In this document: piece by piece, positions 46,542 through 56,709 of the stretch
Numbering within the stretch: the first letter of the stretch is position 1
How the letters are laid out: the number at the start of each line of letters is the position of its first letter
The notes under the pieces: generated by a model
Told to the model about the DNA's origin: nothing
The model's database searches: none
Seen by the model: the letters and a program-made list of their open reading frames with translations, nothing else
Origin: an uncultured Bacteroidales bacterium
Lineage (GTDB): Bacteria; Bacteroidota; Bacteroidia; Bacteroidales; B18-G4
NCBI GenBank assembly: GCA_963753055.1
Contig: CAVWAP010000002.1
Span: forward strand, 39,902-103,901
Direction of reading: 5' to 3'
DNA length: 64,000 nucleotides
Translations under genes and position numbers: made by a program

Positions 46542-47333
46542 TTATCTTTGGAAAAATGCAATAATGACTAAGACTGTTGTAATGGACGTAAGTACCAGGG
46601 CGTAAGGGAAATTGGCAAATGAGAACTGCTTCCCTTTAAGTGGTGGTGCATAAATGATATCACCGGGCTTCAGGATGTAAAAGTCCGATTCAATGATTCT
46701 TTTATCGTTGAGATTCAGACGCTTAATAACAGAGCCGTTTTTTGTTTTCCGGATAATGGAAACTTCACTTCGCATAGCAAAATCCGTCATATCTCCAGCC
46801 ATTGAAATGGCCTCAAAAATGTTAATATAATGTTGATAAACATAATATTGCCCGGGCTTTCTGAACTCACCCAGCATAGAAACAGTAAAATTAACCAGCT
46901 TCACCACCACCGTTGTTTCTTTGAGGTATTCATTAATTACTTCCTGCAAAACCCTCTTAACCTCATCGACTGTCTGGTTTTTGACATATATCTCTCCGGC
47001 AAGGGGGAAATCAATATAGCCCGAATCACTCACCGAATAACTGTTGAGGTAAACACCAATGGGGTTATAATAATTTGTCCTCATTTGCGCTTCCCTGTTG
47101 AAATAACTCATGGCTTTTTCTTCCAGGCTGAAAATGTTAATATACAGGTTGTCACCAGGCTGAATTAAATAGTCCGCCTTTAGCTGGTGAACCATATTCA
47201 TTACCGTGTCTTCCTCGGGCATGTCTTGCAAATAAAGGATTTTTTTCTGTGGAACGCAGGAGGAGATAAGGATAATGAAAATGATGGAAATGAAGAATAA
47301 ATAGGATTTGAATTTCATTCGCGTCAGGTTCAT
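46542..47333 (-). CDS. Polysaccharide export outer-membrane protein (Wza-like: Poly_export + SLBB)
   Basis: 263 aa with a lipobox-like ILISSC. The pattern YLIQPGDNLYINIF... and the SLBB-like segment LKPGDIIY are present. It lies directly upstream of the Wzc-like gene. Confidence 0.8.
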   Translation of the reverse strand: MNLTRMKFKSYLFFISIIFIILISSCVPQKKILYLQDMPEEDTVMNMVHQLKADYLIQPGDNLYINIFSLEEKAMSYFNREAQMRTNYYNPIGVYLNSYSVSDSGYIDFPLAGEIYVKNQTVDEVKRVLQEVINEYLKETTVVVKLVNFTVSMLGEFRKPGQYYVYQHYINIFEAISMAGDMTDFAMRSEVSIIRKTKNGSVIKRLNLNDKRIIESDFYILKPGDIIYAPPLKGKQFSFANFPYALVLTSITTVLVIIAFFQR

Positions 47334-47437
47334 TTCAAAAGATTATATGCTATATTTGATCCAAATTTAGAGACCTTCTGCAAAAGTAATCTAAAAATTG
47401 TTTTACAGCCTTGGTAAGAAATTAAAAGTCATTAGAC

Positions 47438-49354
47438 ATGATAAAATTATTAAACGGTAACATTATTAAATTGTCATATTATTATACTGTTATATTGTTA
47501 TTGGTCGGCAGCATTGGTTCGGTAAAGGCCCAGAATGAAGTGCCTGATATTTACTCTAATATTGCATATGACGAAGAGGGGGTTTTGTACTTCCAGGATC
47601 CTGAAAGCCTGGAAAAATTCTATAAAATTGATACAGTGCCACCTTTTACGCTTAGCCAGGTTGAGCAAAGCATAAGTGGGTCTGACGAAGGCGTAATATT
47701 TGATTTTAAAGATGAGAACTTTGAGGGCCAGGTGGTGTTTGGGTTCATTAATATGGATGATGGCCTATACCACCAGCCAGTGTATTTTAAATACCCCGCT
47801 AAAATCAGCAAAGGAAAGGCCTCGGTCAACATTTTACAACTGAAAGGCAAGTATGATTTTATCGGCTGGGAAAATAAAGGAAAAGCAAAGATTGGGTATC
47901 GTATCATCTATAAAGATGGCACTATCGTATATAATGGGAAGGTGAACCTGGATGGAACCGGGCCCTTTGTTGTTGATACATGTATTATAGAAGGTCCGTT
48001 TGTTAACATGCTGACCCATGAGAGTGCTGTCATTTCATTCCGGACGAATTACCCTGTGCTTGCTAATATTGAGGCCAATGACAATAAGTTTTATATGCTG
48101 GAAAAAACCACCAGCCATGAAATCATGATAAACAAGCTAAACCCTGCAACCGATTACAGTTATACTATCAATGTTGGGGATATACAGGAAACCTATGGTT
48201 TTCGCACAGCCCCCAATCCTGCCTCCAGAGCCCCATTCACATTTGCTTTTGCAAGCGATAGCAGGTCAGGACAGGGTGGTGGAGAGCGGAGCACATACAG
48301 ATGCAACACCTACATGATGAGAAAGATCACCGCACTGGCTCTACAGCAGGGATCTGCCTTTATCCAGTTTACCGGCGACATGATTACCGGATATTCAGAT
48401 AATATTGAAGACACCAGGCTTCAGTATGTGAACTGGAAGAGATCTATTGAGCCATTTGCAGCATATGTCCCCGTGTATGTTGGCATAGGGAATCATGAAT
48501 CTGTCAATCATATCTTTGATGATGGCAGCAAATACGGCATCCTTGTTGAAAAATTCCCCTTCCATACATCTTCTACGGAAAGCCTTTTTGCTGAGATGTT
48601 TGTGAACCCCAACAATGGCCCGGTAAGCGAAGACAGGTCTAAGTATGATCCGGATAAAAAAACCAGGAACTTCCCTTCCTATAAAGAGAATGTTTACTAC
48701 TATACTTACGGTAACGTTGCGATGATCGTACTCAATTCCAATTATTGGTACGCATCAACGGAAGACAGAATAAAGCATACCAGCGGAAACCTCCATGGTT
48801 ACATTATGGATAACCAGCTGGCGTGGTTGAAAAAGACACTGGAGGCGTTTGAAAAAGATTCACGTATCGATCATGTTTTTGTAAGCATCCACACCCCTGC
48901 ATTTCCCAATGGCGGCCATGTTGACAGTGACATGTGGTATAATGGAAATAATGATTATCGTCCATATGTATCAGGGAAACCTGTTGACAAAGGCATTATT
49001 GAGCGTCGCGACCAGTTTGTAGACCTGATGGTTAACCACAGCACCAAGGTGGCAGCACTGCTTTGTGGTGATGAACATAATTACAGCAGGACCAGGATCA
49101 GGCAAAGCACAATTATTTACCTTACAAATTGGGAGGGTGTTCGCTTGCCCATCATGAGCCACCTCTGGCAGATTACCAATGGCTCTGCCGGTGCACCGTA
49201 TTATGGACAGGAACGCCCACCATGGCGGCCTGCTGTCAAAATGTTTTCAACTCAATACGCACTCTGTCTTTTCCATATTGACGGACAGAAGGTTACGCTG
49301 GAGGTGCTGAATCCGGATACGCTGGAGGAAATTGAGGTCTTTGACCTCAAGTGA
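47438..49354 (+). CDS. Secreted calcineurin-like metallophosphoesterase (purple-acid-phosphatase-like)
   Basis: 638 aa with a signal peptide. The motifs are FASDSR, GDMITGY, GNHE, HTPAF and GDEHNY, in the canonical order. Confidence 0.75.
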   Translation: MIKLLNGNIIKLSYYYTVILLLVGSIGSVKAQNEVPDIYSNIAYDEEGVLYFQDPESLEKFYKIDTVPPFTLSQVEQSISGSDEGVIFDFKDENFEGQVVFGFINMDDGLYHQPVYFKYPAKISKGKASVNILQLKGKYDFIGWENKGKAKIGYRIIYKDGTIVYNGKVNLDGTGPFVVDTCIIEGPFVNMLTHESAVISFRTNYPVLANIEANDNKFYMLEKTTSHEIMINKLNPATDYSYTINVGDIQETYGFRTAPNPASRAPFTFAFASDSRSGQGGGERSTYRCNTYMMRKITALALQQGSAFIQFTGDMITGYSDNIEDTRLQYVNWKRSIEPFAAYVPVYVGIGNHESVNHIFDDGSKYGILVEKFPFHTSSTESLFAEMFVNPNNGPVSEDRSKYDPDKKTRNFPSYKENVYYYTYGNVAMIVLNSNYWYASTEDRIKHTSGNLHGYIMDNQLAWLKKTLEAFEKDSRIDHVFVSIHTPAFPNGGHVDSDMWYNGNNDYRPYVSGKPVDKGIIERRDQFVDLMVNHSTKVAALLCGDEHNYSRTRIRQSTIIYLTNWEGVRLPIMSHLWQITNGSAGAPYYGQERPPWRPAVKMFSTQYALCLFHIDGQKVTLEVLNPDTLEEIEVFDLK

Positions 49355-49382
49355 TCACTGATTTGTTATATTTGTATTCATG

Positions 49383-49420
49383 CCCCCTTTCCGCTTCAGG
49401 GGGTTTATCTGGGTTTTTTC
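49383..49420. terminator. Hairpin ccccct(9 nt)aggggg followed by a T-rich tract, between convergent genes
   Basis: The stem pairs 49383-49388 with 49398-49403, and tttatctgggtttttt follows. Confidence 0.45.
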
Positions 49421-49430
49421 AGAAGAATAA

Positions 49431-51656
49431 TCATTGTACCATTACTATTTTCTTAACAATAGTTTCCTGGCCGATTTTGATATGAATATAGTACAGGCCA
49501 GCAGGTAATTGTTGTCCTTTGTGTTTCCATGATATACGGTGCTCGCCGCTTCTGTATTTCTGATCAGCACTTATTATCGCAAGCTCCGACATCTTTTCAT
49601 CAAACATTCGGATATCTACAACCTCACTTTCTGCTAAAACAAAAGAAATGTTAATATTTCCGTTTGTTGGATTTGGATGAATATTTATGTTGTAATTGAC
49701 CGATGTTTGTTCAGGTATTCCAGTGAGCAATTCTTCATTGATGGCAACAATGATGTCGTATTGATAAGATCCATTGGCCGTGATCTGCATGGTATCATAG
49801 GCGTAACCTTCCCAGGATTGATAGGTGGTGAAATCAACCTTGACCAACAGTTCTGTTGAGTCACCGACAGGTAAGTCATAAGGAATAGCTCCGGGAATAT
49901 TATCTATATACCACATGGCATTTTGAATATATCCATCCTGCTGGATCTGATTAACATTGATACTATCCCATGAATAATTTGCCATCACCAGCATTATTCC
50001 CCCCATACATTCTTCAAAGGTTTCAAACCACAATGTATCGGTGTTGAAGGTCAGCTCTTTGGCAATTTTAACTGATGAAATCATCGTTTCCCATTCAAGC
50101 GATCCGGTTCCTCCCATATACATTTGCGTGTACCAGAAGGTCTGGTCGTCGCTGGGATCAATCGTCATGTAACTGTAATCACCCCATCTACCATTGCCAC
50201 TTTGGTATCCCAGGCCGGTCTTTACCTCAATTTCTTCAAGGGTCATAGCCCCAGGCTCATCGGTGTCGAATCGTCCGCTTATCCTGATAGATGGATATAT
50301 TTCATTGCTGGACACACTGTAACCCAATGCCATATTTCCCCTGTTATCCATAGATATACTGCCCATCCAACGATATTCTTCGTTGGGCGCATAGGTACTT
50401 TGCTGGTTCAGATACCAATCATCCCCATCCTTTCTCAGTTCATACCAGCGTATGCCTGCATGATCATTCTCATCAAGGGTAACGGTATGGTTGGTTGTAA
50501 GCACCTCATAATCACCAAAATTCCGGTATTGCAACCTGAACATTAAGCGGTCAGGCATGGCAAAAATGGTTTGGGTGGTATTTGCCTGGGGAATGAACCA
50601 GGTGTAATCAATATTGGTCGTGAATGGCTCTACGGGAATGACCTGAACCTCCTCCAGTGTGGAATTGGAAGGAACAGCCCAATCCGTATTCAATTCCCAG
50701 AGTGACAGGTGATCATAATCATAGCCCCAGGTATCATCCTTGAAATACAGGAGATAATTTGGACTACCCAGGGGGGCCATAGGGCCATCGATGTCGGCAG
50801 GTAAAAATGAAGACGGGTTATCATAAAGACTAATGCTGCTGACAGCTGTTGTAAATTCAATTACCCCTGGTTTAGCTGATCCCGTCATCAGATCCTGCTT
50901 TTTAAAAGCCCAGATACCAGCTCCCATAAAAGGATATGTTGTTACACTTAAATCAGCATTGTTGATGGTCATGACGATCTCATTGTTCCACACTCCGAAT
51001 TTTGGATAATCAGGCATATAATCAAATTCGTAAGCATAACAGTACCATTCTCCCAGTGGATTGGGGGTGGCCGACCAGGCAATTACTTCCCAGAAATATT
51101 CCCAGTCTTTACTGTAGACCATATTGCTTGCCAGCCATCTGTCTGCAAAATGGTCATAAACAACAATAGGGTCAGTAAAAACATGATCGAGCCAGGGGCC
51201 GGGCAGGGTCGACCATAAAGTTTTATTATGCACAGGGCCATATAATAAATTTCCCTCTTTATCCCAGATGGCAAAAGAACGTTTAATCATTTGCATATAA
51301 TGGTTGAGGCCCACATCCCCATCTGTGTCCGGATTGGTGCAGGTTATGTCGAAGGGCCCCAGCCCATCGAAATTTTGAATTAATGGAGGAGCGGTTGTGA
51401 GGCCCATTTCATCCTGAACCACAGGATCAGAATAGATATTTTTACCCAGATTTAAGCCAGCAGCCTGATCTATACTATGGGCTTCTTCCTTTTGGGGCAC
51501 ATGAATTACTTTCTCCCGGTAGGGCTCAATGTCTTTTAAGGGCGGTGTTTTGCAAAAGGCAACCGGCTTCTTTCCGGTTCTGGCCTGATAAACGGTGTTT
51601 TGGGCTGGCAATTGGAATATGCACAAGCATAGTGAGATGATAATCAAATATTTCAT
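49431..51656 (-). CDS. Large T9SS cargo protein (N-terminal domains not recognised)
   Basis: 741 aa with a signal peptide (SLCLCIFQLPAQ) and a canonical CTD (IHPNPTNGNINISF...LPAGLYYIHIKIGQETIVKKIVMVQ). Confidence 0.75.
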   Translation of the reverse strand: MKYLIIISLCLCIFQLPAQNTVYQARTGKKPVAFCKTPPLKDIEPYREKVIHVPQKEEAHSIDQAAGLNLGKNIYSDPVVQDEMGLTTAPPLIQNFDGLGPFDITCTNPDTDGDVGLNHYMQMIKRSFAIWDKEGNLLYGPVHNKTLWSTLPGPWLDHVFTDPIVVYDHFADRWLASNMVYSKDWEYFWEVIAWSATPNPLGEWYCYAYEFDYMPDYPKFGVWNNEIVMTINNADLSVTTYPFMGAGIWAFKKQDLMTGSAKPGVIEFTTAVSSISLYDNPSSFLPADIDGPMAPLGSPNYLLYFKDDTWGYDYDHLSLWELNTDWAVPSNSTLEEVQVIPVEPFTTNIDYTWFIPQANTTQTIFAMPDRLMFRLQYRNFGDYEVLTTNHTVTLDENDHAGIRWYELRKDGDDWYLNQQSTYAPNEEYRWMGSISMDNRGNMALGYSVSSNEIYPSIRISGRFDTDEPGAMTLEEIEVKTGLGYQSGNGRWGDYSYMTIDPSDDQTFWYTQMYMGGTGSLEWETMISSVKIAKELTFNTDTLWFETFEECMGGIMLVMANYSWDSINVNQIQQDGYIQNAMWYIDNIPGAIPYDLPVGDSTELLVKVDFTTYQSWEGYAYDTMQITANGSYQYDIIVAINEELLTGIPEQTSVNYNINIHPNPTNGNINISFVLAESEVVDIRMFDEKMSELAIISADQKYRSGEHRISWKHKGQQLPAGLYYIHIKIGQETIVKKIVMVQ

Positions 51657-51747
51657 GGGACAAAAGAATTAAATGCAGAATAACAATGGCCATATAAAGT
51701 TAGTATAAATATATCGCAAAACGCAGAACGCAAAAATCTACCAACCA

Positions 51748-51769
51748 CCCCTGCCTTCGCAGGGGCAGG
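51748..51769. repeat. 22-nt hairpin element cccctgccttcgcaggggcagg, copy 1, flanked by CCAACCAC on both sides
   Basis: Identical to 58071-58092. The stem is cccctgc/gcagggg with loop cttc. It is followed by CCAACCACT/AACCACT word repeats up to about 51808. Confidence 0.9.
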
Positions 51770-51814
51770 CCAACCACTAACCACTAGTCACTAACCACTA
51801 ATCACTATTTATAC

Positions 51815-51822
51815 TATTTTTG
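51815..51822 (+). promoter_or_regulatory. Candidate -7 box TATTTTTG (TAnnTTTG) for the ZnuA-like gene
   Basis: Located 26-33 nt upstream of ATG 51848. This is a motif match only. Confidence 0.3.
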
Positions 51823-51847
51823 CTCTGAAAAAAACAAACCAATCAAC

Positions 51848-52747
51848 ATGAAAAAAGCAATATATTTAATCATACTGCTGGCTGTAATTGCTTGTTCGGG
51901 CCAGCAAGGAAAAACCTCCGGGCCTGTAGTTATTGCTGCAGTTAACTATCCTGTAGCATTTTTTGCAGAAAAGATTGGGGGAGCCCTGGTGAAGGTTGAG
52001 TTGCCTATACCGGCAGGGGTTGATCCTGCGTATTGGACACCAGATGAAGCAGCTCTTCAGCTTTATCAGGAAGCCGACATTATCCTGGCCAATGGAGCAG
52101 GTTATGCCAAATGGATGGAAAAGGCAAGCTTGCCGGAGTCAAAAATTATATACACGGCCGATAGACTTAATGACAGATACCTTACTGTTAATGAGACGAC
52201 AACCCATTCTCATGGATCTGAAGGTGAGCATGAGCATATGGGATTTGCCTTTACCACCTGGCTGGATTTTGAGATAGCAACCGCACAGGCAAAGGCTGTT
52301 TATGAGGCTCTTTTAGGTACGATGCCCCAGCATAAAGAAGAACTGAATGTCAGGTTCAAGCAGCTAAAAATAGAGCTTGAGAGTTTTGACAGAAAGCTGA
52401 TCGAATACAGTAAATCTATCAGGGGCAAAGCATTTGTAGCATCTCATCCTGTTTACCAGTATTTCGGGCAACGTTATCATTTAGAAATTTATAACCTTCA
52501 CTGGGAACCAGACAAGATTCCTTCACAGCACGAATGGGAAAATTTAATAAGTATCCTCAAAGAGCATCAAACAGGAACCATGCTCTGGGAAGCAGAGCCA
52601 CTACCTAAAATCCGCCAGGAACTGGAAAAAATTAATCTTAACCTGGTGGTCTTCGATCCCTGTTCCAACAAACCCGAAACGGGAGATTTTATGAGTGTAA
52701 TGAGGGAAAATGTCGCTTCGCTCCTGGAAAGCGGAATCCCGCGATAA
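51848..52747 (+). CDS. ZnuA/TroA-family metal (Zn/Mn) ABC substrate-binding lipoprotein
   Basis: 299 aa with a lipobox (LAVIAC) and a His/Glu-rich loop (THSHGSEGEHEHMG) typical of ZnuA. It is collinear with cluster A-I binding proteins. No cognate permease or ATPase gene is adjacent. Confidence 0.8.
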   Translation: MKKAIYLIILLAVIACSGQQGKTSGPVVIAAVNYPVAFFAEKIGGALVKVELPIPAGVDPAYWTPDEAALQLYQEADIILANGAGYAKWMEKASLPESKIIYTADRLNDRYLTVNETTTHSHGSEGEHEHMGFAFTTWLDFEIATAQAKAVYEALLGTMPQHKEELNVRFKQLKIELESFDRKLIEYSKSIRGKAFVASHPVYQYFGQRYHLEIYNLHWEPDKIPSQHEWENLISILKEHQTGTMLWEAEPLPKIRQELEKINLNLVVFDPCSNKPETGDFMSVMRENVASLLESGIPR

Positions 52748-52806
52748 ATCGGGAAGCAGGCGAGCAATAAAAAAAAGACAAAAGACATTTAACCAGGAAC
52801 AGGCAT

Positions 52807-55149
52807 TTATTCATAGCGTAATGCATCGACCGGGTTTTTATTGGCGGCCCTGAAAGATTGATAGCTTACGGTAAGGACCGCAATTACCAATGCAACAACA
52901 GCGGAAAGAATAAAAATATACCATGGTATATCTACACGATAGGCAAAGTTGTTCAGCCAGTTGATAATAAAGACATACGCCAGGGGCCAGGCGATAAGAT
53001 TAGCAATCAGGACCCATTTGACGAACGATTTTATGAACATGGCAAGAATAGACTGAACGGATGCACCGAATACTTTTCTGATCCCAATTTCCTTGGTTTT
53101 TTGCTGGGCCGTATGAGAGGCCAGGCTAAATAAACCAATGCAGGTAATCAGTATAGCCAGCAGGGTAAAGGTAGCTGCCAGCCTCCCGATCCTTTCATCC
53201 CCTATGTAACTACGGGCAATACGTTCAGCAACAAATGTATGCTCAAAAGGGAATCCGGGAACATAAGCATTCCATGTATTTTCAATATATTCAATCGTTT
53301 CAGGAATCTTCTCAGGCCTGATGCGGATCAGGATACGCCAGTAATAATCAGGCAATATCCTGAAAAGAGCAGGCTCCAGCTCATAATGCAGTGGAAGGGT
53401 GTTAAAGTTTTTGACCACCCCGATAATCCTGCCATCCAGGTCATCTGAGCCCATCTTTTTGCCTATCGGATCATCGTAAGCAAATTGCTCTGCTGCTACT
53501 TCATTGATGATATAATTTGCGGTATCTGTTCCAAAATCTTTCGAAAAATTCCTGCCGCTGACCAGCTCCAATCCTACAGTCTCCAGATAATCATAATCAA
53601 CAGCAGCAAAACCGAATGCAAAGGTCTCAGTACTTTCATTGCCCTCCCATGTAATACCCCGCATAATATTCCATATATGAGAAGGATATTGAGAGGTGCG
53701 ACATACATTCACAATATTAGGGCTTCCAACAAGGTCATTTCGGAAGGCCTGATACTTATTATTCAGGTCGCCCACTACAGGCAAAGAAATTAGATTTTCC
53801 TTGTCAAAACCGATATCTTTTTTAATTACAAATTTCAATTGTGAATAGATGAGCAGACTGCTGATGATCAGTCCGATAGAGATGGAAAACTGAATGGTAA
53901 CAAGTGTTTTTCTGAAAAACACCTGGCTTTTGCCTGCCACCACCTTTCCCCGGAACACATCAGATGGTTTGTAGGAGGAAAGTAGCAAAGCCGGATAAGC
54001 ACCAGCTGTGAATGTGGTTATGATTAATAGAGCAAACAGGGAAATTAAAAACCATCCACTTGAATAGGGAATAAAAATAGTCTTACCTGTCAGCTCATTA
54101 AAATAAGGCCTTAAAAGTTCAACCAGGGTCATCGCAACAAGTAAAGCAAAAAGTGTTTGGAGAAAGGATTCACCAAGAAATTGCATGGCTAATTGGCCCC
54201 GGTTAGCTCCGACCACTTTTTTTAACCCGATCTCTCGTGCACGCCTGACGGATAAGGCGGTTGACATGTTCATATAATTGATGCATGCAATGAATAATAT
54301 CATTAATCCAATGAGTAAAAAGATATGTACATATTGAGCCCTGTGCTTTTTTTCCGTTGGATTATATAAATGTCTTTTTGTTATAGGCTGTGTCATCAGC
54401 TGGATTGTAGCATCTTCCTCCAGGTAACTCCGGATCAGCCTTGTAAGCTTTGTGTTGATGGTGTCTCTATTCACTTCCGCTGGCAACACCATATAGGTTT
54501 GGATAAAATGAGAATACCAGTTTTTTAAATCAGATTCATTCCTTAATGCGGTTGTAATGGGCAATAGAATATGATAGTTCATGTAGGTATTGTCTGGTAC
54601 ATTTTCAATCACCGCAGAAACAACATATTGATCCTCATGATCAATGACAAGAACCTTTCCGATAGGATCTTCTTCCCCAAAATACTTTATCGCAATATCT
54701 TCTGTGATGACCGCACTGAAAGGTTTTTCTAAAGCCTGAGCTGGATTGCCTTTGATGAACCGACAATTGAAGATGTTAAAATATGAGGTGTCAACAAAGC
54801 CAATTTCTGATTCCCTGAAATGTTTATCCTTATGACTTACCAGCGAGGCATCACGCATAGCCCTGGTCACATGCAGGGCTTCAGGAAATTCATTCATAAG
54901 TGTCGGGCCCAGAAGATAAGGCAGGGAGCTATTGACATCAAGGTCGTCTCCAATTAGAAAAGTCTTATAGACCTGATGAATATTGTCAGCATTTTTGTAT
55001 ATCCTTTCATAACTGGATTCATGAATAATCCAGAGACTGATCAGGATAAAACTGGCCAACCCAATAGCCAGTCCAAAGATGTTAATAAAGGCATAAATTC
55101 CCTGGCGTTTTATATTGCGGAATGCAATTCTGAAATAGTTGATGAGCAT
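52807..55149 (-). CDS. ABC transporter permease, double FtsX/MacB-type
   Basis: 780 aa, a paralog-like match to 13848..16268, ending in ANKNPVDALRYE. Confidence 0.85.
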   Translation of the reverse strand: MLINYFRIAFRNIKRQGIYAFINIFGLAIGLASFILISLWIIHESSYERIYKNADNIHQVYKTFLIGDDLDVNSSLPYLLGPTLMNEFPEALHVTRAMRDASLVSHKDKHFRESEIGFVDTSYFNIFNCRFIKGNPAQALEKPFSAVITEDIAIKYFGEEDPIGKVLVIDHEDQYVVSAVIENVPDNTYMNYHILLPITTALRNESDLKNWYSHFIQTYMVLPAEVNRDTINTKLTRLIRSYLEEDATIQLMTQPITKRHLYNPTEKKHRAQYVHIFLLIGLMILFIACINYMNMSTALSVRRAREIGLKKVVGANRGQLAMQFLGESFLQTLFALLVAMTLVELLRPYFNELTGKTIFIPYSSGWFLISLFALLIITTFTAGAYPALLLSSYKPSDVFRGKVVAGKSQVFFRKTLVTIQFSISIGLIISSLLIYSQLKFVIKKDIGFDKENLISLPVVGDLNNKYQAFRNDLVGSPNIVNVCRTSQYPSHIWNIMRGITWEGNESTETFAFGFAAVDYDYLETVGLELVSGRNFSKDFGTDTANYIINEVAAEQFAYDDPIGKKMGSDDLDGRIIGVVKNFNTLPLHYELEPALFRILPDYYWRILIRIRPEKIPETIEYIENTWNAYVPGFPFEHTFVAERIARSYIGDERIGRLAATFTLLAILITCIGLFSLASHTAQQKTKEIGIRKVFGASVQSILAMFIKSFVKWVLIANLIAWPLAYVFIINWLNNFAYRVDIPWYIFILSAVVALVIAVLTVSYQSFRAANKNPVDALRYE

Positions 55150-55258
55150 GGTTAATGAGTCTGGTTGTTAATCTATAAGCAAACAAGGTACCACAAACCA
55201 CATATGTCTGATTATCAGTTGTTTTCTTCGGGCCGTTAACTGTTGGTGGATTAATAAG

Positions 55259-55297
55259 TGTATAAAATTGCGACAACGGATGTATAAAAATGCGACA
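55259..55297 (+). promoter_or_regulatory. Tandem 17-nt direct repeat TGTATAAAWTGCGACA upstream of the NtrC-like gene
   Basis: 55259-55275 reads tgtataaaattgcgaca and 55281-55297 reads tgtataaaaatgcgaca, with one mismatch and 22-nt spacing. The second copy ends 36 nt before ATG 55333. Confidence 0.5.
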
Positions 55298-55332
55298 CAA
55301 TTGTTTATCTTTGATGGAGCCAAATAAGCCAG

Positions 55333-56709
55333 ATGCAAAAAACTGAGGCCAGCATATTGATCATTGATGACGACAGGGATGTTTTGACTACGGCTCAATT
55401 ATTCCTGAAGCAGCTATTCACCTCTGTACGGGCGGAAAAAAACCCGGAGCATATTCTGCAGATCATGGCAGAGCAAAGATTCGATGTCATTTTGCTGGAC
55501 ATGAATTTTAAAAAGGGGCTTAACGATGGCTCTGAAGGATTCTATTGGCTCGAGAAAATACTAAAGATAGATACTGATGTCGTTGTTGTATTTATCACAG
55601 CCTTTGGCGGTGTTGACCTGGCAGTGAGGGCAATAAAAGAAGGCGCATTTGATTTCATAGTAAAGCCATGGGAGAACGATAAATTATTGGCCTCAATAAA
55701 CTCGGCACTTCAGCTCAGGCGTTCAAAATACGAAACAGAAAAATATAAACACCGGCACCAGCAACTCTCCATTGATATTGACCGTGATTATAAGGTGGTT
55801 ATTGGAAATTCCCTCCCCATGCAGAAAGTTTTCAACCTGGTTGAAAAGATTGCAGGTACAGATGCTGATGTGTTGATTCTGGGGGACAATGGAACAGGCA
55901 AGGAGCTTATAGCCCGGGAAGTTCACCGGCGCTCATCCAGGTCGAAAGAAGTATTTATTAAAGTTGACCTGGGCGCAATACATGAAAACCTTTTTGAAAG
56001 TGAGCTCTTTGGCCACCAAAAAGGTTCATACACTGACGCCATTGATAGTCGACCAGGCAGGTTTGAAATTGCTTCGGGAGGAACATTGTTTCTTGATGAG
56101 ATAGGCAACCTGTCATTGCCTTTACAGGCAAAATTATTGTCTGTGATACAGAACCGTGAAGTATACCGTATAGGTTCAAACAAAGCTATTCCTATTGATG
56201 TAAGATTGATTTGTGCTACCAACCGACCCCTGAACCAGATGGTCATTGAAAAGACGTTCAGGGAAGACCTGCTGTATAGGATCAATATGATGGAAATTCA
56301 TATTCCGTCTTTGCGTGAAAGATCCGGTGATATTGCCCTGATGCTAAATCATTTCCTTGAAATCTATAAGAGAAAATACAAAAAACCGGGCCTCAGGATC
56401 TCAAAAAGTGCACATACAAGATTACAAAAATATCACTGGCCCGGTAATGTCAGAGAACTGGAAAATGCCATTGAAAGAGCTGTGATTTTAAGTGAGGGTA
56501 TGCTCCTGGGTTTTGGTGATTTTGCCACGGATTTATCAGTGAAAGTGAGTGACGGGCCTGCGGGCGACATGCTTGATCTCAGGGATATGGAGAAACGATA
56601 CATCCTTAAGGCCATCAGTATGCATAAAGGAAATATGACCCGGGCAGCAAAGGACCTGGGCCTTACACGGTCAACATTATACAGAAAACTGGAGAAATAT
56701 GGCTTATAA
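55333..56709 (+). CDS. Sigma-54-dependent response regulator (NtrC family)
   Basis: The receiver reads ILIIDDD...DVILLDMNF. The AAA+ sigma54-interaction domain has GDNGTGKE and ESELFGH. The C-terminal Fis-type HTH reads AAKDLGLTRSTLYRKLEKYG. Confidence 0.9.
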   Translation: MQKTEASILIIDDDRDVLTTAQLFLKQLFTSVRAEKNPEHILQIMAEQRFDVILLDMNFKKGLNDGSEGFYWLEKILKIDTDVVVVFITAFGGVDLAVRAIKEGAFDFIVKPWENDKLLASINSALQLRRSKYETEKYKHRHQQLSIDIDRDYKVVIGNSLPMQKVFNLVEKIAGTDADVLILGDNGTGKELIAREVHRRSSRSKEVFIKVDLGAIHENLFESELFGHQKGSYTDAIDSRPGRFEIASGGTLFLDEIGNLSLPLQAKLLSVIQNREVYRIGSNKAIPIDVRLICATNRPLNQMVIEKTFREDLLYRINMMEIHIPSLRERSGDIALMLNHFLEIYKRKYKKPGLRISKSAHTRLQKYHWPGNVRELENAIERAVILSEGMLLGFGDFATDLSVKVSDGPAGDMLDLRDMEKRYILKAISMHKGNMTRAAKDLGLTRSTLYRKLEKYGL

